A stretch of DNA of 64,000 nt, taken from Nitrospirota bacterium. Lineage in GTDB: Bacteria; Nitrospirota; Nitrospiria; JACQBZ01. This document shows, in pieces, positions 39,253-49,222 of the stretch; the stretch's first letter is position 1; the number at the start of each line of letters is the position of its first letter. The translations under genes and the position numbers were made by a program. Where the stretch lies: the NCBI GenBank assembly GCA_016200255.1, contig JACQFA010000022.1:12963-76962 (forward strand), read 5' to 3'. The notes beneath the pieces are model-generated. The model was not told the origin of the DNA. It saw nothing but the letters and a program-made list of their open reading frames with translations, and searched no databases.

Positions 39253-39734
39253 AAAAAAACACGATCATCGCAATTTTCCCGTTGATACTCCTGGCCGCGG
39301 TTCCCCTATCCCAATCCATGGCGGCGACGGTGCAGGAGGAACGGATCGACCTGCAGATGCGCGATATCGCGAAGACGCTGCGATGCACGATCTGTCAGAA
39401 CGAATCGATCTGGGAATCCCAAGCGGAGCTGGCGCATCAAATGCGCGAGATCATCAAGGAACGCCTGATCAAAGGCGAATCACCGGATCAGATACGGGCC
39501 TATTTTTTAAACCGTTACGGCGACTACATTTTATTGGCGCCTCAAAAAAGCGGGCTGAACTGGCTCCTGTGGGCCGGGCCGTTTGTCCTGCTCGCCGGAG
39601 GCGGGCTGTTCCTCTACCGGACCCTTGCACGCTGGGTCGTCCAGGCCGCCGAAGAAAAACAGGAAGCCCCGCCGCCGATCGATGAGCATCTCCGCAAACG
39701 AATCGAAGCGGAACTCCACTCCCGGGAAGACTGA
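39249..39734 (+). CDS. ccmH: Cytochrome c biogenesis protein CcmH
   Basis: LRCTICQNESI, RYGDYILL.P. Confidence 0.93.
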   Translation: MKKNTIIAIFPLILLAAVPLSQSMAATVQEERIDLQMRDIAKTLRCTICQNESIWESQAELAHQMREIIKERLIKGESPDQIRAYFLNRYGDYILLAPQKSGLNWLLWAGPFVLLAGGGLFLYRTLARWVVQAAEEKQEAPPPIDEHLRKRIEAELHSRED

Positions 39735-39749
39735 TAGAGAATCGGACTC

Positions 39750-40691
39750 ATGATTGCATTTTCAATAATCGCCGGCCTCATCCTCATCCTTGTGATCATC
39801 GTGCTGGCCTATCCATTATGGAATCGAACGGCCGCACCCATTCCGATGGGGCTCGAAGCCTCGATGGATCAGGAGCGGATCGACCTTGAGATCGAAAAAC
39901 AGACTCTCCTGAATTCACTGACCGAACTCGACCTCGACCTGGCTCAAGGACGGCTCACCCCGTCCGATTACCAGCGCCTCAAGGACGTTGACGAGAACCG
40001 GCTCGGCCGGATTTTAGCCAGACAGGATTCACTCCCTGCAAAGAGCGCCCCCGCTTCTCCGCCGCCTCGATCCGGCCTTCAATCCCATGCGGTGATGAAG
40101 TGGGCCGGCTCGGCTGTGCTCAGCCTCGTAGTGATCGGAACGGCAGCTGGAATTTATGAGTATGTTCATGGAAAAATCGGGCTGGAGGCGCAGAAGCTGA
40201 TCGCAGAACAGGGAAGCGGGGCCGGATCTCAAGGAATGCCGAACCCGGCCGAAATGGTGGCGCGACTGGAAAAACGTTTGAAAGAAAACCCGAATGACCT
40301 TCAGGGTCAGATCATGGCCGGACGGTCCTATATGTCGCTTCAACGGGTTGAAGATGCGCGAAAGGCCTGGAGCAAGGTGGTCGAACTGGACTACGGCAAT
40401 TACGAAGGCCATTTTTTTCTGGGACTCATCCAGCTTCAGACCGCCCCTCCGGATGATCAAAAAAATTCGCAGGAAGCCCTCAGCCATTTCGAAACGGCCC
40501 TGGTCAAGGTGCCGAGGGATCCCGCCATACTTTGGTATAAAGGCGTCGCCCTTCTGCGTCTTAAAGAGTACCCATTGACGGATAAGAGCTGGACCGAGGC
40601 GTTTCAGAATCTTCAACCCGGCACGGAAGACGCCGAGTTTGTAAAAAAGGCCCTTCAGAGTCTTCGATCGGGCAGCCCTCCGGTTCTTTGA
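39750..40691 (+). CDS. ccmI: CcmI/CycH TPR apocytochrome chaperone
   Basis: 2 TM segments, ELDLDLAQGRL, LEKRLKENPND, TPR-like helices. Confidence 0.85.
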   Translation: MIAFSIIAGLILILVIIVLAYPLWNRTAAPIPMGLEASMDQERIDLEIEKQTLLNSLTELDLDLAQGRLTPSDYQRLKDVDENRLGRILARQDSLPAKSAPASPPPRSGLQSHAVMKWAGSAVLSLVVIGTAAGIYEYVHGKIGLEAQKLIAEQGSGAGSQGMPNPAEMVARLEKRLKENPNDLQGQIMAGRSYMSLQRVEDARKAWSKVVELDYGNYEGHFFLGLIQLQTAPPDDQKNSQEALSHFETALVKVPRDPAILWYKGVALLRLKEYPLTDKSWTEAFQNLQPGTEDAEFVKKALQSLRSGSPPVL

Positions 40692-40705
40692 GGCGTCGGC
40701 TTGGC

Positions 40706-40734
40706 TTGTCCTTCACTCATATCTCATGTATAAT
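40706..40734 (+). promoter_or_regulatory. sigma70 promoter before tlpA
   Basis: TTGTCC-N17-TATAAT. Confidence 0.55.
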
Positions 40735-40738
40735 CAAA

Positions 40739-41305
40739 ATGTCTATGAATATGATGAATAAAACCATCTGCTCGGTCATCACCTCAAGCGCCCTTTCACT
40801 GTTCCTCCTCGGCTGTGAGCAGGCAGCCGATCCTCATGCCGGCGCCACCCCCATCTCAAAGGAAGAGGCCCCAAAAATCGGGTACATGGCCCCGAATTTC
40901 CGACTGACCAACTTGCACGGGGATGAAATCAGCGTGGCCGGACTGGCGGGAAAAGTGCTCTTCATCAATTTCTGGGCCACATGGTGCGGTCCCTGCAAGG
41001 CCGAAATGCCCTCGATGGATAAACTGTATCATGATTTCAAAAACAAAGGTCTTGAAATTCTGGCCGTCTCCAGCGACATGGAAGGGGCGCCGATCGTCCA
41101 ACCGTTTGTTGAGAAACTGGGGCTGTCCTATTCGATACTCCTGGACCCGGACTTTCGCGTGGATGACAAGTACCTGATTCAGTCCGTCCCGACAACCGTC
41201 TTGGTGGACAAAAACGGGGTCATCACCCACCGAATGGTGGGGGCCCGGGACTGGGACACCCCTGAATCTCGCGACTTGATCGAGAAACTTTTAAGGGTCA
41301 AGTAA
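40739..41305 (+). CDS. TlpA/ResA-like thiol-disulfide reductase lipoprotein
   Basis: LLGC lipobox, APNF, NFWATWCGPC..EMP; several possible ATGs between 40739 and 40754. Confidence 0.88.
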   Translation: MSMNMMNKTICSVITSSALSLFLLGCEQAADPHAGATPISKEEAPKIGYMAPNFRLTNLHGDEISVAGLAGKVLFINFWATWCGPCKAEMPSMDKLYHDFKNKGLEILAVSSDMEGAPIVQPFVEKLGLSYSILLDPDFRVDDKYLIQSVPTTVLVDKNGVITHRMVGARDWDTPESRDLIEKLLRVK

Positions 41306-41307
41306 CC

Positions 41308-42054
41308 ATGCTCGAAGCCCCCCAAACCGTTTCATACACGATTGCGTTCACAGCCGGTTTTTTATCCTTTGTTTCCCCGTGCGTCCTGCCGCTGGTCCCG
41401 GCGTATATCTCCTACATTACAGGGCTCTCTCTGGAGGAACTGACGAACTCCGCCGATGCCAAACAAGTCCGGTGGGTCGCCTTAAAGAATTCCCTTTTAT
41501 TCATCATGGGCTTCTCGATCGTCTTCATCGCCTTCGGGGCATCCGCAACCGCCTTCGGCCAGATGTTCCTTCTATACCAAAACCTGATCCGGAAGATCGG
41601 CGGATTACTGATCATCTTTTTCGGACTTTATTTAATCGGCGCCGTTAAGATTCCATTCCTCATGTCTTATCGACAGTACCGGTTCCAGAACCGACCGGCC
41701 GGCGCGGTCGGATCCGTTCTGATCGGGATCACCTTCGCCGCCGCCTGGACTCCCTGCGTCGGGCCGATTCTGGGATCGGTCTATATGATGGCCAGCACGT
41801 CCCAATCCGTCGGAGATGGCGTGCGGCTTCTCGCGGTCTACTCGATCGGGCTGGGACTTCCTCTCCTGGTTGCCGCGATGAGCGTGAACGCCTTTTTATC
41901 TTCCTACCGAAAGATGAAAGACTATATGTGGATCGTTTCACTGGTCAGCGGATCTTTCCTGATCCTGGTCGGGATCCTGGTCTTTACCAATTCCTTGCGA
42001 ATCCTGAACGCGTGGCTGACCCAGTACGGCATCGGATGGTCCGTTGGACAGTAA
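41308..42054 (+). CDS. ccdA: Cytochrome c biogenesis protein CcdA
   Basis: SFVSPCVLPLVPAY, WTPCVGPIL. Confidence 0.93.
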   Translation: MLEAPQTVSYTIAFTAGFLSFVSPCVLPLVPAYISYITGLSLEELTNSADAKQVRWVALKNSLLFIMGFSIVFIAFGASATAFGQMFLLYQNLIRKIGGLLIIFFGLYLIGAVKIPFLMSYRQYRFQNRPAGAVGSVLIGITFAAAWTPCVGPILGSVYMMASTSQSVGDGVRLLAVYSIGLGLPLLVAAMSVNAFLSSYRKMKDYMWIVSLVSGSFLILVGILVFTNSLRILNAWLTQYGIGWSVGQ

Positions 42055-42057
42055 ACC

Positions 42058-43155
42058 ATGAAAACCCAGCCGATTCATCAGGCCTGTATTGTCATGGCGC
42101 TTCTGTTTCTCAGCCCGCCGTCCATATCCGCGGATGTGTTAAAACCGCCCGCGGCCGCCAAACCCGGGCCGAAACCTTTTTCATTTGCCGATGTCGTCCG
42201 AAAAGAAAAACCGGCCGTGGTGAACATCAGCACGACTCAAAAGGGCGCAAAGGGTGAAGGCGTTTTACCGGAAGACCATCCGCCTCTGGGAGATTTTTTC
42301 GGCAACACGCTCCCGAAAGAGTTCAGGGGCCAAAGTCTGGGATCGGGTTTCATCATCAAGAAAGATGGCCTGATCCTCACCAACAACCACGTGATTGAAA
42401 AAGCGGATAAGATCATCGTGCGCCTCTCGGATGAACGCGAGTTCGAAGCCAAGGTGGTCGGCCACGATAATAAAACCGACCTCGCCCTGATCAAGATTTC
42501 GGATCACCAAGACCTGCCGGTCGTTCAGATGGGAGATTCCGATCAACTGGAGGTGGGAGAATGGGTCATCGCCATCGGCAACCCGTTCGGGTTGGAACAG
42601 ACCGTCACGGTGGGCATCGTCAGCGCCAAGGGCCGTGCGTTCGGCAACGGACCGTTCGACGATTACATCCAGACCGACGCATCGATCAATCCCGGCAACA
42701 GCGGCGGACCGCTGTTCAACATCAACGGCGAGGTCATCGGGATCAACACGGCGATGAATCCCTCCGGACAGGGCATTGGATTTGCGATCCCTATCAATCA
42801 GGTCAAAAAAGTCCTGAACCAGCTCGAGACCAACGGAAAAATATCGCGGGGCTGGCTGGGCGTGATGATCCAGGAATTAAACGAGGATCTGGCCCGATCG
42901 TTTCATCTGAAGGATAAGAACGGGGCCTTGATCTCGGAGGTATTTGAAAACAGCCCCGCCGCCCGCGCCGGACTCGAACGCGGGGATGTCATCGTCGAAT
43001 TCGACGGGAAGAAGATCAGCCAGATGCGGATGTTGCCTTTGATCGTCGCCGCGGTGCCGATCGGCAAAGAGGTCAGACTGAAGACGATCCGGAACGGCAA
43101 AGAACAGACCCTGACGGTCAAGATCGGACTGATGGAAGAGAAGGACGCAAAATAA
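42058..43155 (+). CDS. htrA: HtrA/DegP-family serine protease with a single PDZ domain
   Basis: LTNNHV, TDLAL, IQTDASINPGNSGGPL, RGWLGV. Confidence 0.92.
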   Translation: MKTQPIHQACIVMALLFLSPPSISADVLKPPAAAKPGPKPFSFADVVRKEKPAVVNISTTQKGAKGEGVLPEDHPPLGDFFGNTLPKEFRGQSLGSGFIIKKDGLILTNNHVIEKADKIIVRLSDEREFEAKVVGHDNKTDLALIKISDHQDLPVVQMGDSDQLEVGEWVIAIGNPFGLEQTVTVGIVSAKGRAFGNGPFDDYIQTDASINPGNSGGPLFNINGEVIGINTAMNPSGQGIGFAIPINQVKKVLNQLETNGKISRGWLGVMIQELNEDLARSFHLKDKNGALISEVFENSPAARAGLERGDVIVEFDGKKISQMRMLPLIVAAVPIGKEVRLKTIRNGKEQTLTVKIGLMEEKDAK

Positions 43156-43192
43156 TAGATGACTATGAACACGCGCGTGACACGATAAATAA

Positions 43193-43987
43193 ATGCATCC
43201 CATCCTTCTCCAGATCGGGACCGTGGAGATCCGCTGGTACGGCGTGATGATCGCGCTGGCCTTTCTGGCCGGGATGTTTATCGGCACCCGGGAGGCCCGT
43301 CGACGAGGATACGATCCCGAGTTGATTTACGACTTCCTGCTCTATGTCATGATCGCCGGCATCGCCGGGGCGCGACTCTATTATGCCCTGGTCTCCAATC
43401 CGGTCTATTTTTTCCGGCACCCGTTGGATATCCCGGCGATCTGGCGGGGAGGCCTGGCCCTTCATGGCGGATTGATCGGGGGACTTCTGGCCGGGATTTG
43501 GTTTTGCAGAAAACGGCAGTTGCCCTTCTGGGGATTCGCGGATCTTCTGACGCCTTCCATCATGCTGGGCCAGGCCGTGGGTCGCGGGGCCTGCACCTTG
43601 AACGGTTGCAGTTACGGAAAACCGGCCGCACTCCCCTGGGCCATTTCCTTCACCGATCCGGCCGCACAGGCGCCGCACAACATCCCGCTTCACCCCACCC
43701 AGATCTATGAGATGGCGGCGGATTTCTTGATCTTCCTTCTCCTGTGGAACCTCCGCAAGAAAATGCGATTCGAAGGCCAGCTCTTTCTGATCTATCTCGT
43801 GATCTATGCGGTGGCCCGATTTATTCTGGAATTTTTTCGCGGCGACTCCCTGATGGTCGCCGGCCTCTTTCCGGTCCCCCAGGTCTTCAGCGTTGCGCTT
43901 TTCATTACGGCCCTCGCGGCCTACGCCTGGCGACAGTCGGCCTCCCGGATGACAACCTCACACGACGCGGTATCCTTCCGACCGTGA
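43193..43987 (+). CDS. lgt: Prolipoprotein diacylglyceryl transferase
   Basis: IRWYG, GARLYY, GLALHGG, HPTQIYE, RFILEFFR. Confidence 0.94.
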   Translation: MHPILLQIGTVEIRWYGVMIALAFLAGMFIGTREARRRGYDPELIYDFLLYVMIAGIAGARLYYALVSNPVYFFRHPLDIPAIWRGGLALHGGLIGGLLAGIWFCRKRQLPFWGFADLLTPSIMLGQAVGRGACTLNGCSYGKPAALPWAISFTDPAAQAPHNIPLHPTQIYEMAADFLIFLLLWNLRKKMRFEGQLFLIYLVIYAVARFILEFFRGDSLMVAGLFPVPQVFSVALFITALAAYAWRQSASRMTTSHDAVSFRP

Positions 43988-44646
43988 AGCCGATCGCCAT
44001 TAAAAATTCATGGATCGGCCTGGACGAATCGGGCAAGGGGGATTATTTCGGACCGTTGGTGGTGGCCGGCGTCCAAGCCGATCCGGAGATCTCCGCACAA
44101 CTCACGGCATGGGGCGTCAAAGACAGCAAGCGGCTTTCGGATAAACGGATACTGGACCTGGAACCGATGATCCGACAGGCCTGCCGACATTCGATCGTGG
44201 CCATCGGCCCGGAGCGATACAACGAGCTCTACGAAAAGTTCAGAAATTTAAACAAGCTGTTGGCTTGGGCTCATGCCCGGACGCTTGAAAATCTCCTGTC
44301 GGAGGGGGAATGTCCCCGGGCGATCGCCGATCAGTTCGGGGATGAGCGGTTGATCAAAAACGCCCTGATGGAAAAAGGCCGGAAGATCGTGCTGGAGCAG
44401 CGCCCACGAGCGGAGGAAGATCCGGCCGTCGCCGCAGCCTCGATCCTGGCCCGGGCCGAATTTCTAAAACGCATCAAACGGCTGTCGGAAGAACAACAGA
44501 TGGACCTGCCCAAAGGGGCGTCGGATCGGGTCCGGGACGCGGCGGTCAAACTGGTCAGGGAAAAATCGGCCGAAGAATTAAAAAAAGTGGCCAAGTGGCA
44601 TTTCAAGACGACGCAGCAGGTGCTTGAGGCGAGCCGGCTTCGTTGA
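43984..44646 (+). CDS. rnhC: Ribonuclease HIII (catalytic domain only)
   Basis: IGLDESGKGDYFGPLVV, GVKDSK.L, DQF, VAAASILAR, LPKGAS, K.HF.T; GTG start overlaps the lgt TGA. Confidence 0.88.
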   Translation: MKPIAIKNSWIGLDESGKGDYFGPLVVAGVQADPEISAQLTAWGVKDSKRLSDKRILDLEPMIRQACRHSIVAIGPERYNELYEKFRNLNKLLAWAHARTLENLLSEGECPRAIADQFGDERLIKNALMEKGRKIVLEQRPRAEEDPAVAAASILARAEFLKRIKRLSEEQQMDLPKGASDRVRDAAVKLVREKSAEELKKVAKWHFKTTQQVLEASRLR

Positions 44647-45388
44647 TCGACGCGGGCTGTTCCACTGAAGAAGGCCAGTAGAGGATCCGCTGGCATTGAG
44701 AACAGGTCAGGATGCGCTGCCGGGCCCTCACCTCGGTGATCATCTGCGGCGGAACGTTCATGTGGCATCCGCCGCAGGTTCCATGCTGGATCGGAACCAC
44801 GGCCCATTCCCGATGAAGGTTTTTGATCTTCTGATACATCTTCAGTAGCTTCGGATCGACGGCCGGGACGATCGCCTCCCGCTCTTTTTCCACGACCCCC
44901 AGTTCGGCTTTCAATGCCTCGGCCTGTTTTTCCAACTGAAGGCGCTCCGACTCGAATTTTTGCTCGGCGGCCTTGACGGTTTGGGACAGCTCGGTCTCTT
45001 TGCGTTTGCAACCATCGAGCTGCTCCATCAGCGTCAGCAATTCCTCCTCCACCCGACCTTTTTCAACTTTAAAAGCTTCAATTTCCTGCAGATGAGCCTG
45101 ATACTCTTTGTTCGTTTTGATCTCGCTCTGGCGATTGCGGGCTTTCGAGAGCCGCTCCTCGCAGGTCTCGAGATCCCGCTCCTTTTCCCGCTTTCGTTGG
45201 TTGCAGCTCTCTCCCTCGGCGTGGGTTTGAGTGAACTTGGTCTGTGTTTCGGTCAGGAATTTTCGGGCCGTCTCGATTTTTTCAGGAATCCGGACCGTCT
45301 CGCCCTTTAAGATGACCAACCGGTTGTCGATCTCTTGCAGTCGGACAAGCTGCTCCAGTTGATCTTTCAATTGAGTTTCCTCTGGCAC
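44603..45388 (-). CDS. Coiled-coil protein with C4-type zinc ribbon (CT398/HP0958-like)
   Basis: LQEID, KTNKEY, CGGCHM...CSQCQRILY; GTG start after GAGGAG. Confidence 0.88.
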   Translation of the reverse strand: MPEETQLKDQLEQLVRLQEIDNRLVILKGETVRIPEKIETARKFLTETQTKFTQTHAEGESCNQRKREKERDLETCEERLSKARNRQSEIKTNKEYQAHLQEIEAFKVEKGRVEEELLTLMEQLDGCKRKETELSQTVKAAEQKFESERLQLEKQAEALKAELGVVEKEREAIVPAVDPKLLKMYQKIKNLHREWAVVPIQHGTCGGCHMNVPPQMITEVRARQRILTCSQCQRILYWPSSVEQPASINEAGSPQAPAASS

Positions 45389-45400
45389 CCTGATCTCCTC

Positions 45401-45473
45401 TGGGCCCACCTGGGATCGAACCAGGTACCTGACCCTTATAAGGGGTCTGCTCTGCCAAATGAGCTATGGGCCC
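45401..45473 (-). tRNA. tRNA-Ile with UAU anticodon (Ile2-like body; CCA not encoded)
   Basis: GGGCCCATAGCTCATTTGGCAGAGCA-GACCC-CTTATAA-GGGTC-AGGTACCTGGTTCGATCCCAGGTGGGCCCA. Confidence 0.9.
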
Positions 45474-45510
45474 AAATATGAAATTCCAAATCTCAACATA
45501 AGACGCTGAA

Positions 45511-47331
45511 TTACAGGCTTTCCACAAAGCTCTTCAGTTTTTTGCTCCGGCTGGGGTGGCGCAATTTTCGAAGAGCCTTGGCCTCGATCTGGCGAATCCG
45601 TTCGCGGGTGACTTCGAAATCCTGCCCCACTTCCTCAAGGGTATGGTCGGTATTCTCCCCGATCCCGAACCGCTTGCGCAAAACCCTTTCCTCCCGCGGC
45701 GTCAGCGTTTGAAGAATATTCGTAATCTGGCGCTGAAGGTCGTATCTAATCGCGGCCTCGATCGGAGAAACCGCCTTTTTGTCCTCGATGAAATCGCCCA
45801 GATGGCTGTCTTCTTCTTCCCCAATCGGCGTCTCCAGCGAGATGGGTTCCTTTGCGATCTTGAGTATTTTCCGGACCTTTTCAATGGGGAGATCCATCTT
45901 CTCGCCGATCTCTTCCGGCATCGGCTCGCGGCCGAGCTCCTGAACCAGATGCCGGGAGGTGCGGATCAGCTTGTTGATCGTCTCGATCATGTGAACCGGA
46001 ATCCGGATCGTCCGGGCCTGATCGGCGATCGCCCGCGTGATCGCCTGACGGATCCACCAGGTCGCGTAGGTGCTGAACTTGTAACCCCGCTTGTATTCAA
46101 ATTTATCCACGGCCTTCATCAAACCGATATTGCCCTCCTGGATCAGATCCAGAAACTGGAGCCCGCGGTTGGTGTATTTTTTTGCGATGCTGACCACCAA
46201 CCGGAGGTTGGCCTCTACGAGGTCGGTCTTGCCGGACTTGATCTTGATCTCACCCTGATCGAGAAGTTTGACGGCCTCCTTGATTTCTTCGGACGTGACC
46301 ATCGCCACGGCCTCGGCCGCCCGGATTTTTTTCCGCGCTTCGCGGTAAATCCGGTCGACCTCATGGAGCGTCTCAACGGGCAGCCCGGTTTTCCGTCGAA
46401 CGGATTTGAGGCCGCTCGGCCCCCTCCCGATTTTCTTCAGGAGCAGAAGGCCCTCTTCGCCCGAAGCCCCCAAACGGCGCTTGCCGTTGGTGATCTCGCG
46501 CTCGGCCTGATGAATATTAGCCGCGAGCGCCGTGACCTGACCGGTCATCCGGTCAATCAGGGCCGGATGCAGGTTGACTTGTTCGATCTTCTCGGCGATC
46601 TGGGATTTGATTTCGCGAAGCTGACCCTTGATTTTCCGACGTTTGACCTGGTCCGAGCCGGTTCGTTTTAACCGTTGATAAGCCCGCATCAGATCCCGGT
46701 AGGGGTTTCTCATTTTCGAAATGGCCTCCAGGGTGCGGGCGGTAAGCTCCGCGTCATCCTGTTCCTGAGCCACGCCTTCCTCGTCGAATTCTTCGTCAAA
46801 GGCCGAGACCACTTCCCGGATACTGATCTTTCCATGCCGGAGTTTTTCTCCCAGCGACAGAAGGTCTTTGATGATCATCGGCGTCCCGAAGACGACCGCG
46901 GCCACATCTTTTTCCCCCTCCTCGATCTTCTTCGCGATCTCGATCTCGCCTTCCCGGGACAACAACGGGACACTGCCCATTTCTTTCAGATACAACCGAA
47001 CCGGATCGGCGGTGCGGCTCAAAACTCCGGGCGTCAGATCGATCTCCTTGACCTTCTCTTCTTCGCCCTCCTCTTCCGCCTCTTCCAGTCCCTTAAACCC
47101 CTCCCGTTCCTCCTCGGGTTCCGCCATCATTTTCTGATAGCGCTCTTCCTCCGGAGTGTCGATGATCTCGATATCCATTTCACCGAACATCATCATGAGG
47201 TTGTCGATCTGCTCGGACGAAACCATATCCGCCGGAAGGGCATTGTTCAGCTCATCGTACGTCAGGTACCCCTTCTCTTTGCCCAGCGAGATTAACTGCT
47301 TGACTTCGTCCACCTTCTCATCCTTGGCCAT
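45511..47331 (-). CDS. rpoD: Primary sigma factor sigma70
   Basis: [58 protein letters not shown]. Confidence 0.98.
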   Translation of the reverse strand: MAKDEKVDEVKQLISLGKEKGYLTYDELNNALPADMVSSEQIDNLMMMFGEMDIEIIDTPEEERYQKMMAEPEEEREGFKGLEEAEEEGEEEKVKEIDLTPGVLSRTADPVRLYLKEMGSVPLLSREGEIEIAKKIEEGEKDVAAVVFGTPMIIKDLLSLGEKLRHGKISIREVVSAFDEEFDEEGVAQEQDDAELTARTLEAISKMRNPYRDLMRAYQRLKRTGSDQVKRRKIKGQLREIKSQIAEKIEQVNLHPALIDRMTGQVTALAANIHQAEREITNGKRRLGASGEEGLLLLKKIGRGPSGLKSVRRKTGLPVETLHEVDRIYREARKKIRAAEAVAMVTSEEIKEAVKLLDQGEIKIKSGKTDLVEANLRLVVSIAKKYTNRGLQFLDLIQEGNIGLMKAVDKFEYKRGYKFSTYATWWIRQAITRAIADQARTIRIPVHMIETINKLIRTSRHLVQELGREPMPEEIGEKMDLPIEKVRKILKIAKEPISLETPIGEEEDSHLGDFIEDKKAVSPIEAAIRYDLQRQITNILQTLTPREERVLRKRFGIGENTDHTLEEVGQDFEVTRERIRQIEAKALRKLRHPSRSKKLKSFVESL

Positions 47332-47379
47332 GAACCCTCCCACGGGACGATCTCCGTCCACCCGCCATAAAAAAGCGAT

Positions 47380-49176
47380 TCAACTTCCGACTTCCAAGCT
47401 CATTTTTTTAAGACCGACCAGTTTGTCCAGCAACGATTTGATCTGCGGGTTGTTTCCGATTTTCTCGGCATCCCGAATCGCAGTCTCCAGAGTCTTCATT
47501 TCAGAACGTATTTTCTTCACGCGGAGCATCCGGATACAATCCCTGAGGGTCTGATCCGGATCATCGTAATCCGGCTCCTGGACCATGAGGGCCGTCAGGA
47601 TCGGGGCCAGCGCTGGATCCGCCGTATCCGGCTGGATCCGTGCGGTTGACGGGACGGTCGCGGCTGTCTGCTGACTCGACTCCACGTACAGGTTGAAAAT
47701 CCGCCGAAGCCGTCCATCCGTAAAATGGTCCGGTTCAATTTGCTGGAGCAACATCTGTGCCGTGACCCGGTTGTGCACTAAAAGGTGCAGCGGGATTTGC
47801 TCCTCTTTCGGCAATCGTGAGAGCGGCGACGGCGAAGACGGACTTGGAGCGGCGGCCCCGGTTCCACTGAGCTGCGCCATCTCCTTGACCAGCTCCCGCT
47901 CCTCCAAACCGAGACTCTCGGCCAGATGTTTTAAGTAGTAACTTCGCTCGACCGGACGCGTCACCTTTCGGATCACGGGCAGGATGCGATCCACGATCTT
48001 CAGTTTACCCTCGATGGTTTTCGCCGACGGATCCGACAACCCCTGCTGGATTGCAAAATCCAGAAGCTTGGAGGACCGATCCAACAACTGGGTAAAAGCC
48101 TCGGCCCCCCGGCCTTTGATGAAGCTGTCCGGGTCCTCCCCCGACGGCAGCAACACCACTTCCCCCGACACGGGACTGGGGATGATCAAATCCATGGTTC
48201 GCAACGCAGCCCGGATTCCGGCGTCGTCCGGGTCGAAAATTAATTTTACAGTCTGCACAAAACGGTGGATCCGCTGAAGATGATTGGAGGTTAGCGCGGT
48301 GCCCAACGTCGCCGCAACGGCATGGATCCCGGCCTGATGTGCCGCGATGGCATCAAAGTAGCCCTCCACGACCACCAGATAACCGCATTTGCCGGCCGCC
48401 TCCCTGGCTTTCTCCAGCGCATAGAGGTGATGCCCTTTGCTGAAGATCGGCGTCTCGGGGGAATTAAGGTATTTGGGCAGGCCGTTATCCATGACCCTCC
48501 CGCCAAAACCGATCACCCGTTTTTGCAGATCGAAAATCGGAAAGATCACCCGGTTGCGGAAGCGATCGTAGTAATGCCTGCGGGCCGTCTCGGGTTGATC
48601 CCTTGAGATAATGAGACCGGCCTTTTCAATTGAACCGTCGGACCAACCCCTTTTGATGAGAGCCTGCTGGAGCCCGTTCCAACCCGCAGGAGCATACCCC
48701 AGCGAGAATTCCTCGACGGTTAGATTGGAAATTCCCCGCTCTTGAAGATAGTCCCTCGCGCGCTGCGCTTCCGGGCTTTTCAAAAGAAGCGTGTGATAAT
48801 AACCGGCCGCGTCGCCGTGAATACGGTAGAGTTCCTCTCGATCCTGATCGGCCTTGCTCGGCTCTCCGGTCCGCTGCGGGAGCACCGGTATTCCGAGTCG
48901 CTCGGCCAGCAGTTTGACCGCCTGCGGAAAGGCCGCCCCGTCTATCTTCATCAAAAAACCGATGACATCGCCTCCTTCACCGCATCCGAAGCAGTGATAG
49001 ACCTGTTTCCCGGGGCTGACCGTAAAGGACGGGGTCTTCTCAGTATGGAACGGACAGAGCCCGACCCAGTTTTGTCCCGTCTTTTTGAGAGAGACATAAC
49101 GCGATACCCACTCGAGAATATCACTCTCCTGACGCACCCTTTGAATCAGATCTTCTGAGAAGTACCCACGCTCCAT
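47380..49176 (-). CDS. dnaG: DNA primase
   Basis: CPFH.EKTPSF, CFGC, DRFRNR, KYLNSPET, VEGYFD, DPD.AG, DPD. Confidence 0.97.
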   Translation of the reverse strand: MERGYFSEDLIQRVRQESDILEWVSRYVSLKKTGQNWVGLCPFHTEKTPSFTVSPGKQVYHCFGCGEGGDVIGFLMKIDGAAFPQAVKLLAERLGIPVLPQRTGEPSKADQDREELYRIHGDAAGYYHTLLLKSPEAQRARDYLQERGISNLTVEEFSLGYAPAGWNGLQQALIKRGWSDGSIEKAGLIISRDQPETARRHYYDRFRNRVIFPIFDLQKRVIGFGGRVMDNGLPKYLNSPETPIFSKGHHLYALEKAREAAGKCGYLVVVEGYFDAIAAHQAGIHAVAATLGTALTSNHLQRIHRFVQTVKLIFDPDDAGIRAALRTMDLIIPSPVSGEVVLLPSGEDPDSFIKGRGAEAFTQLLDRSSKLLDFAIQQGLSDPSAKTIEGKLKIVDRILPVIRKVTRPVERSYYLKHLAESLGLEERELVKEMAQLSGTGAAAPSPSSPSPLSRLPKEEQIPLHLLVHNRVTAQMLLQQIEPDHFTDGRLRRIFNLYVESSQQTAATVPSTARIQPDTADPALAPILTALMVQEPDYDDPDQTLRDCIRMLRVKKIRSEMKTLETAIRDAEKIGNNPQIKSLLDKLVGLKKMSLEVGS

Positions 49177-49222
49177 AGACAATCCGTTATGATTCTCACG
49201 CAGAATGTAAGGAGGAAATGGT

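Noticed and set aside
45282..45527. Small ORFs overlapping tRNAs (also 50181-50453 and 59983-60198)
   Set aside because: Incidental translations of tRNA sequence.
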